Shown one piece after another: positions 29,831-43,900 of a stretch of 64,000 nucleotides of DNA. Where the stretch lies: NCBI RefSeq assembly GCF_009914755.1, contig NC_060930.1, one strand, 5' to 3'. This DNA is from the human T2T-CHM13v2.0 reference genome, Homo sapiens. Below the pieces are notes generated by a model. It was given only the letters and a program-made list of their open reading frames with translations. It was not told the origin of the DNA and made no database searches. The number at the start of each line of letters is the position of its first letter. Position 1 is the first letter of the stretch. Position numbers and translations under genes: made by a program.

Positions 29831-30339
29831 GAGACTGGCACTGCCTTGTCTCACCTGGATATAACCACGGAACAAATACAAATTGTTTTCACTTTGTTCT
29901 TACCTAGTATGTCTATCATTGCCACACTCTCACACTTTTAATCACACTTTTAATTGGCCTTAAAAATTCTTAATATTTTTAAAGTATAGAACTTCATGTC
30001 TTTTAAACTGAAAATTAGACTGAGAATATTAATTGCTTATTGTCTTATGAGGATCCTCAATCAAAGTTTAATGTTCATCTTCTTCCTTGCCCATTCAAAA
30101 AATAGTCATTGTTGGTACTGAACATAAACTATTATTTTTAAATCAAAGCATTATTTTATAATAAAATAAGGGTTATTTAATAGTTAACCTAGTCATGTAT
30201 TTTAACCAATTTTTCCTGCATGATCTAGTTAAAGATGTTAGGTTAAGATGGCTGAACAGGAAGAGCTCTGGTCTGCAGCTCCCAGCGTGATTGATGGAGA
30301 AGACAGGTGATTTCTACATTTCCAACTGAGGTACCTGGT

Positions 30340-30672
30340 TCATCTCATTGGGATTGGATGGAAAGTGGGTGCAGCCCACAGAGGGCGAGTTGAAGCAGGG
30401 TGGGGCGTTGCCTCACCCGGGAAGCACAAGGGATTGGGGGATTTCCCTTTCCTAGCCAAGGGAAGCCGTGATAGACTGTACCTGGAAAAATAAGAGATTC
30501 CCATGCAAATACTGAGCTTTACCCAAGGTCTTAGCAACCGGCAGACAAGGAGATCCTCTCTCGTGCCTGGCTTGGTGGGTCCCACGCCCATGGAGCCTTG
30601 CTCACTGCTAGTGCAGCAGTCTGAGATCGAACTGCAAGGCAGCAGCCTGGCTGGGGGAGGGGTGTCCACCAT
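30340..30672 (-). CDS. L1 ORF0 homologue, open for 110 aa (antisense in the L1 5'UTR)
   Basis: MVDTPPPARLLPCSSISDCC...GVGP... resembles primate L1 ORF0 (MAGAPPPASLPPCSLISDCC...); Kozak context gcaATGG; translation not shown. Confidence 0.6.
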   Translation of the reverse strand: MVDTPPPARLLPCSSISDCCTSSEQGSMGVGPTKPGTREDLLVCRLLRPWVKLSICMGISYFSRYSLSRLPLARKGKSPNPLCFPGEATPHPASTRPLWAAPTFHPIPMR

Positions 30673-31248
30673 TGCTGAGGCTTGAGTAGGTAAAGCGGCC
30701 TGGAAGCTCTAACTCAGGGGAGCCCACCGCAGCTCAGCAAGGTCTTCTGCCTCTAGACTCCGCCTCTGTGGGCAGGGCTTAGCTTAACAAAAGGCAGCAG
30801 ACAACTTCTGCAAACTTAAATGTCCCTGTCTGACAGCCTTGAAGAGAGCAGTGGTTCTCCCAACACGGCGTTGAGTTCTGAAAACAGACAGACTGCCTCC
30901 TTAAGTGGGTCTCTGACCCCTGTGTAGCCTAACTGGGAGACACCTCCAAGTAGGGGCCAAAAGACACCTCATATAGGCGGGTGCCCCTCTGGGATGAAGA
31001 TTCCAGAAGAAGGATCAGGCAGCAATATTTGCTGTTCTGTAGCCTCTGCTGGTGATACCCAGGCAAATAGGGTCTAGAGTGGACCTCTGGCAAACTCCAA
31101 CAGACCTGCAGCTGAGGGACCTGACTATTAGAAGGAAAACTAACAAACAGAAAGGAATAGCATCAACATCAACAAAAAGGACATCTACACCATAACCCCA
31201 TCTGTAGGTCATCAACTTCAAAGACCAAAGGTAGATAAAACCACAAAG

Positions 31249-32270
31249 AGAGGGAGAAACCAGAGTAGAAAAGCCGAAAATTCTAAAAATCAGAGCGCCT
31301 CCTCCAAAGGACTGCAGCTCCTCACCAGCAAGGGAACAAAGCTGGACAGAGAATGAATTTGATAAGTTGACAGAAGTAGGCATCAGAAGGTCGGTAATAA
31401 CAAGCTTCTCTGAGCTAAAGGAACACGTTCGAACCCATTGCAAGGAAGCTAAAAACCCTGAAAAAAAGGTTAGACGAATGGCTAACTAGAATAAACAGTG
31501 TAGAGGAGACCTTAAATGACCTGATGGAGCTGAAAACCATGGCATGAGAACTTTGCGACACATGTGCAAGCTTCAATAGTTGATTTGATCAAGTGGAAGA
31601 AAGGGTATCAGTGACTGAAGATCAAATTAATGAAATAAAGTGAGAAGACAAGTTTAGAGAAAAAAGAGTAAAAAGAAATGAACAAAGCCTCCAAGAAATA
31701 TGGGACTATGTGAAAACACCAAATCTACGTTTGATTGGTGTACCTGAAAGTGATGGGGAGAATGGAACCAAGTTGGAAAACACTCTGCAGTATATTATCC
31801 AGGAGAACTTCCCCAACCTAGCAAGGCAGACCAACATTCAAATTCAGGAAATACAGAGAACACCACAAAGATACCCCTCAAGAAGAGCAACCCCAAGACA
31901 CATAATTGTCAGATTCACCAAGGTTGAAATGAAGGAAAAAATGTTAAGGGCAGCCAGAGAGAAAGGTCGAGTTACCCACAAAGGGAAGCCCATCAGACTA
32001 ACAGCAGATCCCTCAGCAGAAACCCTACAAGACAGAAGAGAGTGGGGGCCAATATTCAACATTCTTAAAGAAAAGAATTTTCAACCCAGAATTTCATATC
32101 CAGCCAAACTAAGTTTCATACATGAAGGAGAAATAAAATCCTTTACAGACAAGCAAATGCTGAGAGATTTTATCACCACCAGGCCTGCCTTACAAGAGCT
32201 CCTGAAGGATGCACTAAACATGGAAAGAAACAACCGGTACCAGCCACTGCAAAAACATGCCAAATTGTAA
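31249..32270 (+). pseudogene. L1 ORF1 pseudogene
   Basis: ATG replaced by AGA, stops in the 5' half; intact C-terminal frame (NLRLIGVPE...RISYPAKLSF...YQPLQKHAKL*). Confidence 0.95.
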
Positions 32271-33087
32271 AGACCATCAGTGCTAGGAAGAAACTGCATC
32301 AACTAATGAGCAAAATAACCAGCTAACATCATAATGACAGGATCAAATTCACACATAACAATATTAATCTTAGATATAAATGGGCTAAATGCCCCAATTA
32401 AAAGACACAGACTGCAAATTGGATAAAGAGTCAAGGCCCATCAGTGTGCTGTATTCAGGAGACCCATCTCATGTGCAAAGATGCTCATAGGCTCAAACTA
32501 AAAGGATGGAGGAAGATCTACCAAGCAAATGGAAAGCAGGGGTTGCAATCCTAGTCTCTGATAAAACAAACTTTAAACCAACAAAGATGAAAAGAGACAA
32601 AGAAGGCCATTACATAATGGTAAAGGGATCAATTCAACAAGAAGAACTAACTATCCTAAATATATATGCACCCAATACAGGAGCATCCGGATTCATAAAG
32701 TAAGTCCTTAGAGACCTACAAAGAGACTTAGACTCCCCCACAATAATAATGGGAGACTTTAACACCCCACTGCCAACATTAGACAGATCAACAAGACAGA
32801 AGGTTAACAAGGATACCCAGGGCTTGAACTCAGCTCTGCACCAAGCAGACCTAGTAGACATCTACAGAACTCTCCACCCCAAATCAACAGAATATACATT
32901 CTTCTCAGCACCACATCACACTTATTCCAAAATTGACCACATAGTTGGAAGTAAAGCACTCCTCAGCAAATGTAAAAGAACAGAAATCACAACAAACTGT
33001 CTCTCAGACCACAGTGCAATCAAATTAGAAGTCAGGATTAAGAAACTCACTCAAAACCACACAACTACATGGAAACAACCTGCTCTT

Positions 33088-33749
33088 TTTATTATTATTA
33101 TTATTATACTTTAAGTTCCAGGGTACATGTGCACAACGCACAGGTTTGTTACATATATATACATGTGCCATGTTGGTGGGCTGCATCCATTAACTCGTCA
33201 TTTACATTACATATATCTCCTAATGCTATCCTTCCCCCCTCCACCCACCCCACAACAGGCCCCAGTGTATGGTGTTCCCCACCCTGTGTCCAAGTGTTCT
33301 CATTGTTCAGTTCCCACCTATGAGTGAGAATATGCAGTGTTTGGTTTTCTGTCCTTCGATAGTTGCTGAGAATGATGGTTTCCAGCTTCATCCATGTCCC
33401 TGCAAAGGACATGAACTCATCCTTTTTTATGGCTGCATAATATTCCATGGTGTCTATGTGCCACATTTTCTTAATCCAGTCTATCATTGATGGACATTTG
33501 GATTGGTTCCAAGTCTTTGCTATTGTGAATAGTGCTGCAATAAACATAGGTGTGCATGTGTCTTTATAGCAGCATGATTTATAATCCTTTGGGTATATAC
33601 CCAGTAATGGGATGGCTGGGTCAAATGGTATTTCTAGTTCTAGATCCTTGAGGAATCACCACACTGTCTTCCACAATGGTTGAACTAATTTACAGTCTCA
33701 CCAACAGTGTAAAAGTGTTCCTATTTCTCCACATCCTCTCCAGCACCTG
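33088..33749 (-). mobile_element. 5'-truncated L1PA (PA4/5-like) 3' end inserted antisense in the host ORF2
   Basis: Reverse L1 3'UTR and ORF2 end with a (taa)n tail; TSD AACAACCTGCTCTT at 33074-33087 and 33750-33763. Confidence 0.95.
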
Positions 33750-34022
33750 AACAACCTGCTCTTGAATGACTACTGAGTAAATAATGAAACGAAGGCAGAA
33801 ATACAAATGTTCTTTGAAACCAATGAGAACAAAGACACAACGTACCAGAATCTCTCGGACACATATAAAGCAGTGTGTAGAGGGAAATTTATAGCACTAA
33901 ATGCCCACAAGAGAAAGCAGGAAAGATCTAAAATTGACACCCTAACATCACAATTAAAATAACTAGAGAAGCAAGAGCAAACAAATTCAAAACCTAGCAC
34001 AAGGCAAGAAATAACTAAGATC

Positions 34023-34440
<418 letters not shown>

Positions 34441-34497
34441 CTATCAAGACTAATAGAAAAGAGAGAAGAATCAAATAGAAGCAATAAAAAATGATAA

Positions 34498-34617
<120 letters not shown>

Positions 34618-37392
34618 TAAAACAGGAAGAAGTTGAATCTCTGAAGAGACCAATAACAGGCTCTGAAATTGAGGCAATAATTAATAGCCTACCAACCAAA
34701 AAAAGTCCAGGACCAGACAGATTCATAGCCGAATTCTACCAGAGGTACAAAGAGGAGCTGGTACCATTCCTTCTGAAACTATTCCAATCAATAGAAAAAG
34801 AGGGAATCCTCCCTAACTCATTTTATGAGGCCAACATCATCCTGATACCAAAGCCTTGCAGAGACACAACAAAAAAAGAGAATTTTAGACCAATATCCTT
34901 GATGAACATTGATGCAAAAATCATCAATAAAATACTGGCAAACCGAATCCAGCAGCACATCAAAAAGCTTATCCACCACAATCAGGTTAGTTTCATCCCT
35001 GGGATGCAAGGCTGGTTCAACATATGCAGATCAATAGACATAATCCATCACATAAACAGAACCAACAACAAAAACCACATTATTAACTCAATAGATGCAG
35101 AAAAGACCTTTGACAAAATTCAACAGCCCTTCATGCTAAAAGCTCTCAATAAACTAGGAATTGATGGAGTGTATCTCAAAATAATAACAGCTATTTATGA
35201 CAAACCCAGTGCCAATATCATACTGAATGGGCAAAAACTGGAAGCATTCCCTTTGAAAACCAGCACAAGACAAGGATGCCCTCTCTCACCACTCCTATTC
35301 AAAATAGTGTTGGAAGTTCTGGCCAGGGCAATCAGGCAAGAGAAAGAAGTAAAGGGTATTCAATTAGGAAAAGATGAGGTCAAATTGTCCCTGTTTGTAG
35401 ATGACATGATTGTATATTTAGAAAACCCCATCATCTCAGCCCAAAATCTCCTTGAGCTGATAAGCAACTTCAGCAAAGTCTCAGGATAGAAAATCAATGT
35501 GCAAAAATCACAAGCATTCCTATACACCAATAACAGACAGACAGACAGCCAAATCATGAGTGAACTCCCATTCACAATTGCTATAAAGGGAATAAAATAC
35601 CTAGCAATCCAATTTACAAGGGATGTGAAGGACCTCTTCAAGGAGAACTACAAACACTGCTCAATAAAATAAAAGAGGACACAAACAAATCGAAGAACAT
35701 TCCATGCTCATGGATAGGAAGAATCAGTATCATGAAAATGGCCATACTGCCCAAGGTAATTTATAGATTCAATGCCATCCCCATCAAGCTACCAATGACT
35801 TCCAATGCTTTTGGAATTGGGAAAAATTCTTCACAGAATTGGAAAAAACTACTTTAAAGTTAATATGGAACCAAAAAAGAGCCTGCATTGCCAAGACAAA
35901 CCTAAGCCAAAAGAACAAAGCTGGATGCATCACGCTACCCAACTTCAAACTATACTACAAGGCTACAGTAACCAAAACAGCATGGTACTGGTACCAAAAC
36001 AGAGATATAGACAAATGGAACAGAACAGAGGCCTCAGAAATAACACCACACATCTACAAGCTTCTGATCTTTGACAAACCTGACAAAAACAAGAAATGGG
36101 GAAAGGATTCCCTATTTAATAAATGGTGCTGGGAAAACTGGCTAGCCATATGTAGAAAGCTGAAACTGGATCTCTTCCTTACACCTTATCCAAAAATTAA
36201 TTCAAGATGGATTAAAGACTTAAATGTTAGACCTAAAACCATAAAAACCCTAGAAGAAAACCTAGACAATACCATGCAGGACATAGGCATGGACAAGGAC
36301 TTCATGACTAAAACACCAAAAGCAATGGCAACAAAAGCCAAAATTGACAAATGGGATCTACTTAAACTAAAGAGCTTCCGCACAGCAAAAGAAACTACCA
36401 TCAGAGTGAACAGGCAACCTACAGAATGGGAGAAAACTTTTGCAATCTACCCATCTGACAAAGGGCTAATATCCAGAATCTACAAAGAACTCAAACAAAT
36501 TTACAAGAGAAAAGCAAACAACCCCATCAAAAAGTGGGCAAAGGATATGAACAGGCACTTCTCCAAAGAAGATATCTATGCAGCCAACAGACACGTGAAA
36601 AAATGCCCATCATCACTGGTCATCAGAGAAATGCAAATCAAAACCACAGTGAGATACCATCTCATGCCAGTTAGAATGGCAGCCATTAAAAAGTCAGGAA
36701 ACAACAGATGTTGGAGAGGATGTGGAGAAATAGGAACCCTTTTACACTGCTGGTGGGAGTGTAAACTAGTTCAACCATTGTGGAAGACAGTGTGGTGATC
36801 CCTCAAGGATATAGAACTAGAAATACCATTTGACCCACCAATCCCATTAGTGGGTATATACCCAAAGGACTATAAATCATGCTGCTATAAAGACACATGC
36901 ACACGTATGTTTATTGCAGCACTATTCACAATATCAAAGACTTGGAACCAACCCAAATGTCCATCAATGAAGGACTGGATTAAGAAAATGTGACACATAT
37001 ACATCACAGAATACTATGCAGCCATGTAAAAGGAGAAATTCATGTCTTTTGCAGGGACATGGATGAAGCTGGAAACCATGATTCTCAGCAACTATCACAA
37101 GGACAGAAAACCAAACACTGCATGTTCTCACTCATAGGTGGGAATTGAACAATGAGATCACTTGGACACAGGGCAGGGAACATCACACACCGGGGCCTGT
37201 TGGGGGGTGGGGGGCTGGTGGGTAGATAGCATTAGGAGAAATACCTAATGTAAATGATGAGTTGATGGGTGCAGCACACCAACATGGCACATGTATACCT
37301 ATGTATCAAACCTGCATTTTGGGCACATGTACCCTAGAACTTAAAGTATAATAATAAAATAGTAATAATGATGATTTAAAAAAAGATGTTAG

Positions 37393-37699
<307 letters not shown>

Positions 37700-38209
37700 A
37701 GATGTTAGGTTATTTTTATATATGCTATAGGGAACACATAAGCTTCCTTCGCAAAAACTCTCAGGCACTCTGTGTTGCCCAGAATGTTTAATTCAAAATT
37801 GTAATCTTGGCCTTAATAATTCTTAGGTAACTTATTTCACTCCATTCTAACAGACTGAGGTTTAAATCCCAGCACCTAAGCGGAGTGTGATCCTGAACTT
37901 CCCTATGCCCCTGCCCCAGTTGTCTCATCCATAAGAATAGTTCAGCCTTTGGATTTGTTTTAAGCGTAATACTTACAAAGATTTTAACATGGTGATGGTG
38001 CTTAGCACATGCCAAATATTTAATACTTGTTTTTGGTTTTGTTTGTTTTTTGTTTTTGCTTTTTTTTTTCTCAAAGTTTTTGTTTAATCCTTCTTTTCTC
38101 ATTGTTCTTTTTCTTCTTTCTCTCTTTTCTCCATTTCTTTCTGAATTTCTTGACTTCCTTCCATTCTACAAGTCTTTCATTCCTAAACTGTTGCTTTTGC
38201 GGCTTTTTC

Positions 38210-39850
38210 GTCATTTCTTTAATTATTTGCCAAGTGCCTTTTATATGCCTCTCGATTGTGATCTTCAGCAATGAGCGAAAACAGACTCATCTCTAATTTT
38301 GTGTATATAGTATTCTGGTGGAGGAGAGAGATATTCACCAAATAATCACGTAAACATGTAAAATTGTTACTGTTGACAAGAGCTACAACAGAGAGGTAAA
38401 AACCATGCTCTGAGAACATGTAATAAGGAAAACTGACCTAGTCAATGAATCAGCAGAGGCTTCCCTGAGCAAGGAACACTTGATCCGAGTGCTGAAGGAT
38501 CAGGTAGAGTGAACTTAATGACGATGCAGGATAAGAACATCCCAGAAGAGGGAACAGTGCATGCACAATAACCATGGCAGGAAGGAGCACATGTAAAATG
38601 AGGGCTGGAAAGAAGAGCCCTCATGGGCAGTGACAGAGGATGAAGACGAACATGGAGAGGGCATCTGGAAAGGGCATGGCTGGCCACATGGGGGAGTTGG
38701 CTTTGTCTTGAGGACAATAAGAGGCTGAAACAGTGACATAGATAATTTTTTGGAAGAGTCATACATGTCGAAAACTCTTGTTTTCAGAATGGATTGGAGG
38801 GGATCCAGACAGATTCCTGGGAACCTACTATAGTCATCTTTGAGGAAGATATTGAGAGTATGATCCAGGGTGGTGGACTACAGATCGTAAGAACTGTCTA
38901 GGAGGGAAAAAATAATGGGATTTTCTTATGTATTTGAGAAAGGGAAGTATCAAAGATGACTCAAGATTTCTGGAGTGGATAGGTTAGATGGCGTTTTTGC
39001 TGTTTTTTTTTTTTTTTTTTGAGAATTATGTGTGTGTGGGAAGGGTAAGGGAATGTAAATGAGTCCTAAGTGGAAAATTCCAGTTTTAGAGGGCTTTGAC
39101 TTTCTAAAAGAAAATGACGAGAACATAGAGGAATATACAGGTCTGGAAATCAGAGGGTATCTGGGCTAAAGCTACACATTTGTAAATCATCTATATGATA
39201 TAATTCAAACTACAAATATGCTTGAAATCAATAAAAGAGAAGAGAATCCCTCGGACCTGTATTTCATGCTTAATGTAGATGAGGCTGGTTCTAAAAAAAA
39301 AAGTCAAAAGTTAAAAAGAGAAAACCTGGAGAAAGTGGAGTCTAAATGCCAATATAAGAGAAACATATTGAAAGGTAATCAAAAGTCTTAAATGCAGCTA
39401 GGATAACTTGTACAAAAGATGACTGGAAATATCTCTTGGATTCCATGATCTATTAACAGATGTTATTGTTAACCTTAATGAAAACAATTTCAATGGTATA
39501 AAGTGGACAAATCCATATTGGGATAAAGTGAGGAAATAGTAATAAAACTAACTCTTTTGAGAAGTTTGGCTATACAGTGGAGAAAATAGAGAGGGAAATT
39601 ACTAGAAAGAGAAACGATGTCTAGAGAGTATTTGTTAATGTTGTTTTATAGAGGACACATGAGTACAGTTAAAAGCGACTGGGAAAGGGAAAGTTCCAGT
39701 TGAGAGACATAGAAATAGAGATTTGGAATGAGAGGTTGTATATGTAAAAGAGAAGACCTGCTTATAATTTAAGACTGATGAGGATGAAATCCATAGCACA
39801 AATGTAGAAATTAGCCTTAAGTAAGAGAAATGACATTTTTGAATTTTAGC
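38210..39850 (-). mobile_element. Long degenerate L2
   Basis: Reverse L2 motifs: ggcttccctgagcaaggaacac, catcccagaagagggaacagtgcatgca, caaagatgactcaagatttctgg, atacaggtctggaa. Confidence 0.75.
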
Positions 39851-40000
39851 AAGAAGGAAGTGAATAAAACTCATGCATAGATAATGGTTATAGATATTTA
39901 TAGACAATTGCATATAAGTATAATAATGCACATCATTATTGATGTTTTGTATACCAGGCACTTTAACATTAAATGACTCATCCAACAAACATAAAACTCA

Positions 40001-40216
<216 letters not shown>

Positions 40217-41229
40217 TTAGTATAACATTACTGTGACAAGGTTTTACAAAAATGGTTTTGAAGAAGTCCAAAGAAGCCTGAGACTTAAAACACAGATGTT
40301 CAAGTAAGAGAGTGTGAATCTGTAATCATCTCTGTTTTCAACAAAGACATGGGGAATGAGACTCAAAACATTCATGTATTCATAGAAAATCAGGACATAA
40401 GTGGAGAAACAGAACAATTTAATTAGCATGATCTTCTAGGTAGCAGTAAATGGTCTATTTGTGTCGGGTTAATGAACTCTTCTAGGGCACTCAATAGAAC
40501 CAGCGTGCCTTTAAAGGACTCATTGACCTCACAGGGATGAGCACTTTTTCTATCAGAGAGCCCTTTATTTACCAGTCTTTACACTCAGCAGGAGAAGGCC
40601 ACATATTTATGAGGTATCAGCTTCCCACAGGTAAAGGAAGTGTTTTTCATGGGTTTATGCCCTGATACACACAACTAACATTAAAACTCCTGGTAGAATT
40701 GTTTGTATTCCTATGCATAAATAAAGTGATGCAGCATAGTATTGTTTAATTTTATCAGTGTAACACAGACATAAAATAACAATAAACATCCTACTAGGTG
40801 ATATGTCTGAACTACAGCTTGATATTATTCAGTATTGAGAGTTGTGTGGCCAAAGTCAGAGTAGAGTTGGGCCAGTCGTTGGTAATTTTTAAAAAAATCT
40901 ATACAACTGTGGCCCCTTTTCTGGAAATGAGCTGTAGCAATGCTTATCTTACACCCCTCTGAGCATTCATACAGATAAAAAACATTTATTGGTCCTTACT
41001 GTATACTAAGCAAATTGGGTCATGATGAGGGAAAACAAAGAAAAGACATAAATAAATATCTAATCATGTACGTTCATTGTAACAGCACAAGCAACTGGTT
41101 TTATTTGAAGCATCCTCTGCTTTCTAGGTCTAAGCTAAGAAAGATAAAAAGAAAACAGAAAAATGCAAAACTAAGTCTTTCCCTTTATTTTAACAACTAT
41201 CATGGCTCTTCATTTTTGTGTATGTCTTG

Positions 41230-41639
41230 TGAGCACAGGGGCTATTTTTTTCAAGGATGGTTATAGAATGAAGAGCCTTGGAATTTAGAGTCCCCCTCTG
41301 GCAGAAAAGGCCAATATGCTTTTAGCTGCTTATAAAACATTCAGGTATCCTGAGTTTAGGATTCCCCAGCTGTATGTGTTGATTGCCTCACACAAACCAA
41401 CTGTATGTGAAAGATCCACCAGGGCCCTTCAGTATTACCCTCTAGGATTTGGAAGGCAAGAGGCAATATGATTCAGCACAGACATGATGCCCATGCTGCT
41501 TGCTGTACTGTGAGTCATAAAGTCCTTGTCTCTGAACCAGGAGTCTCACGTCTTCTGCTAGCAACCAAGAAACTATGGCAGGCTAATTTGTTCATGTCCA
41601 AATAGGATAAAAATCTCAGACATATTGCAGTTCTTCACA
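41230..41639 (+). mobile_element. ERVL LTR (LTR40-like)
   Basis: Terminal ataaagtccttgtctctgaaccaggagtctcacgtcttctgc...aaaatctcagac...cagttcttcaca. Confidence 0.7.
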
Positions 41640-42684
41640 ATCCTTCCCCATTAATTTGCTTATATTTTTTATGGGTTTCCTTCCTAGGGGCATCTATGTA
41701 AATCATTTGGAGTTTTTGCCTTTCCTCTTAGAAGAAAAATATGAATGATTTGACTGAACAGGCCTATAGCCAAACCCAAGATGATCTTTCCAAGCGTGAA
41801 CTCCATCTTCAAACTTCTAGTGAGTCTGAGGCCGCAACTGGAAAAATTTAGAAATAATTTCTAATTCTTGAAATCTTTGAAATGTCAAAACATTAAAACT
41901 TTAAGTTTTTGTATCTTGTTTAATGTTTAACAATTTTCTGAAACTTTGGAAATTATGTAGGTATTCTATTTTGTTAGTTTGGCTTAGCATATATAAATAG
42001 AGCTATGTCTACATATTAATAGTAGTCTTGTTTTACCTTACCTTTGTTTTTTTGTTGTTGTTGTATGCCATCTAGATCTTAAACCTTAAAGAAGAAACTA
42101 TGGCAATGTCTCTTCCACCACTCTTGACTAGCATGATGTGTTGCCAAAAGACTTCAGATCATAAGTGCGAAATAAAAAATCAAAAATTGACTGCATCTTT
42201 TCTCATTGCTCAACAACTGTCAAACAACTGAGAAATTTGTTTTGGATGAAGCAGTAACATTCCTTCTTCCACTCCCAGCCCCATTCCACGTAGTCTGCAG
42301 TTCCTCACTGACCACTGATTGATGTCAACGTGCAAACTCTCAGACAGAAGACAAGAAATATGTCCTGGGTTTTCTGGTTCCTCAAGCTTCTGACTAGGAC
42401 CAGAGCCAGCAATTACACACACTTATCCCTATTCTTTCCATGAATGCAGAGAAAGAAAGACCTTCTTGGGCTGTAAGAAATACTCTATTCCTCACACATA
42501 ATAACTAAGGCTCAGCAGCTTGTAAAAAGGCATGGTCCAGGGCATGTCAGGACAAGGAAGAGCGGTAAGTTGTTTCTCTGTCTTTCCTCTGTATTCTTTC
42601 ATAATTGGGACAAGGCCTCAGCTGACAAGGAGCTGGCAGAACACTGGGGACAGCTGGTATGTAAGAACCAACACCGTCCCATCA

Positions 42685-43900
42685 GTCATTTATTCAACAC
42701 ATGTTTATTGAGTATCTGCAACGTGACTGCACCGTTATAGAGTCTGCATTGTTGTAGGTCCTGAGAAAAAAACTGCAAAGCAAAAGTACACACAGGCTTG
42801 CCCTCCTGAAATGTACAGTCAGGTGGAGATGGCAGATATTAAGAAACTAACTTGTGCTATTGAAGTTTAAAAGAAAGGGATCTTACTGAGTCTGAGGAGA
42901 GGGATGAATCAATGCAGACTTCCTAGAAGAACTGGCATATAAACCAAGAACTGAAAGAGGAATAGACATTAAACCAGAAAACAGAATGGAAGAAAAATAG
43001 ATTTACGATGCAAAAACCGTAAAGGAAAGAGTTCAGTATGACTGGAATATATAGACAGAAGATAATGGTTTATGATAAGACTGAAAAGGAATGCAGGGTC
43101 TAGATAAAGAGACTCTTCAAATTAGTAAGAATTTTTTTGAGACAATAAAAGACCATTTTGCTTTGGCAAAATAATAATAATAATAACACTCAGTGTAGTG
43201 TGAACTATAAATTTAGGAGAGCAAGAGTAATTGTGGGGAAATCAGTTAAGAGACTTGCTTTAGCCAAGAAAACAGTTGATGTTGGATTAAACCATGGAGA
43301 AGATAATGGAGATAATGACAAGTGGACAGATTTTGGAAATCAATATCTTTTGGTAATTAATTGAACATAGGAGAAAGAAGAAAAGATGGGGTTACATAGG
43401 ACTCTGAAATTTCTGAACAATCAGCTGGGAAGATGATAGCATTATTTGTTGTGTAAAGAACATGAGAAGAGGCTCGGGATTGGAAGGACACATGAGGAGC
43501 TCTGGTTTTGACACAGTGAGTGTGGTATATGGGCTCTCACTTACGTGGGTCTAGAGCTAAGAAGAGAAGTCATGGGTTGGACGCAAAAGTGTGGGTTTTG
43601 GCAGCATTTAGGTAGTAAAAATTTGGCAAATGGTTAAGAGTATATTACAGGAAAAGAAAATAATTTAGGTCAGAGTCCAGAGGAAAGCATACATTTAACA
43701 CAGAAGAATAAAACCTGAGAAATAACTGGTAAACGAGATTAGGAAGCAGTCAGAGAGGAAGAAAGCTAGGAGGATACGGTGTGGCATGGAAGCCAATGGA
43801 GAGATTGTTTCAAGAAGAAGAAGATAGTTAACAGTAGGGAATTATCAACATAGAGATTAAGAAATGTGGATTTACCAATAAGGAGGACATTCGTGTTCTT
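42685..43900 (-). mobile_element. L2 (3' end and upstream fragments)
   Basis: cattttattcaacacatgtttattgagtatct-type reverse L2 tail, followed by purine-rich L2 body. Confidence 0.75.

Noticed and set aside
35839-36798. 319-aa ORF, the longest in the window
   Set aside because: A C-terminal fragment of the disrupted L1 ORF2 without its own start context; not an independent gene
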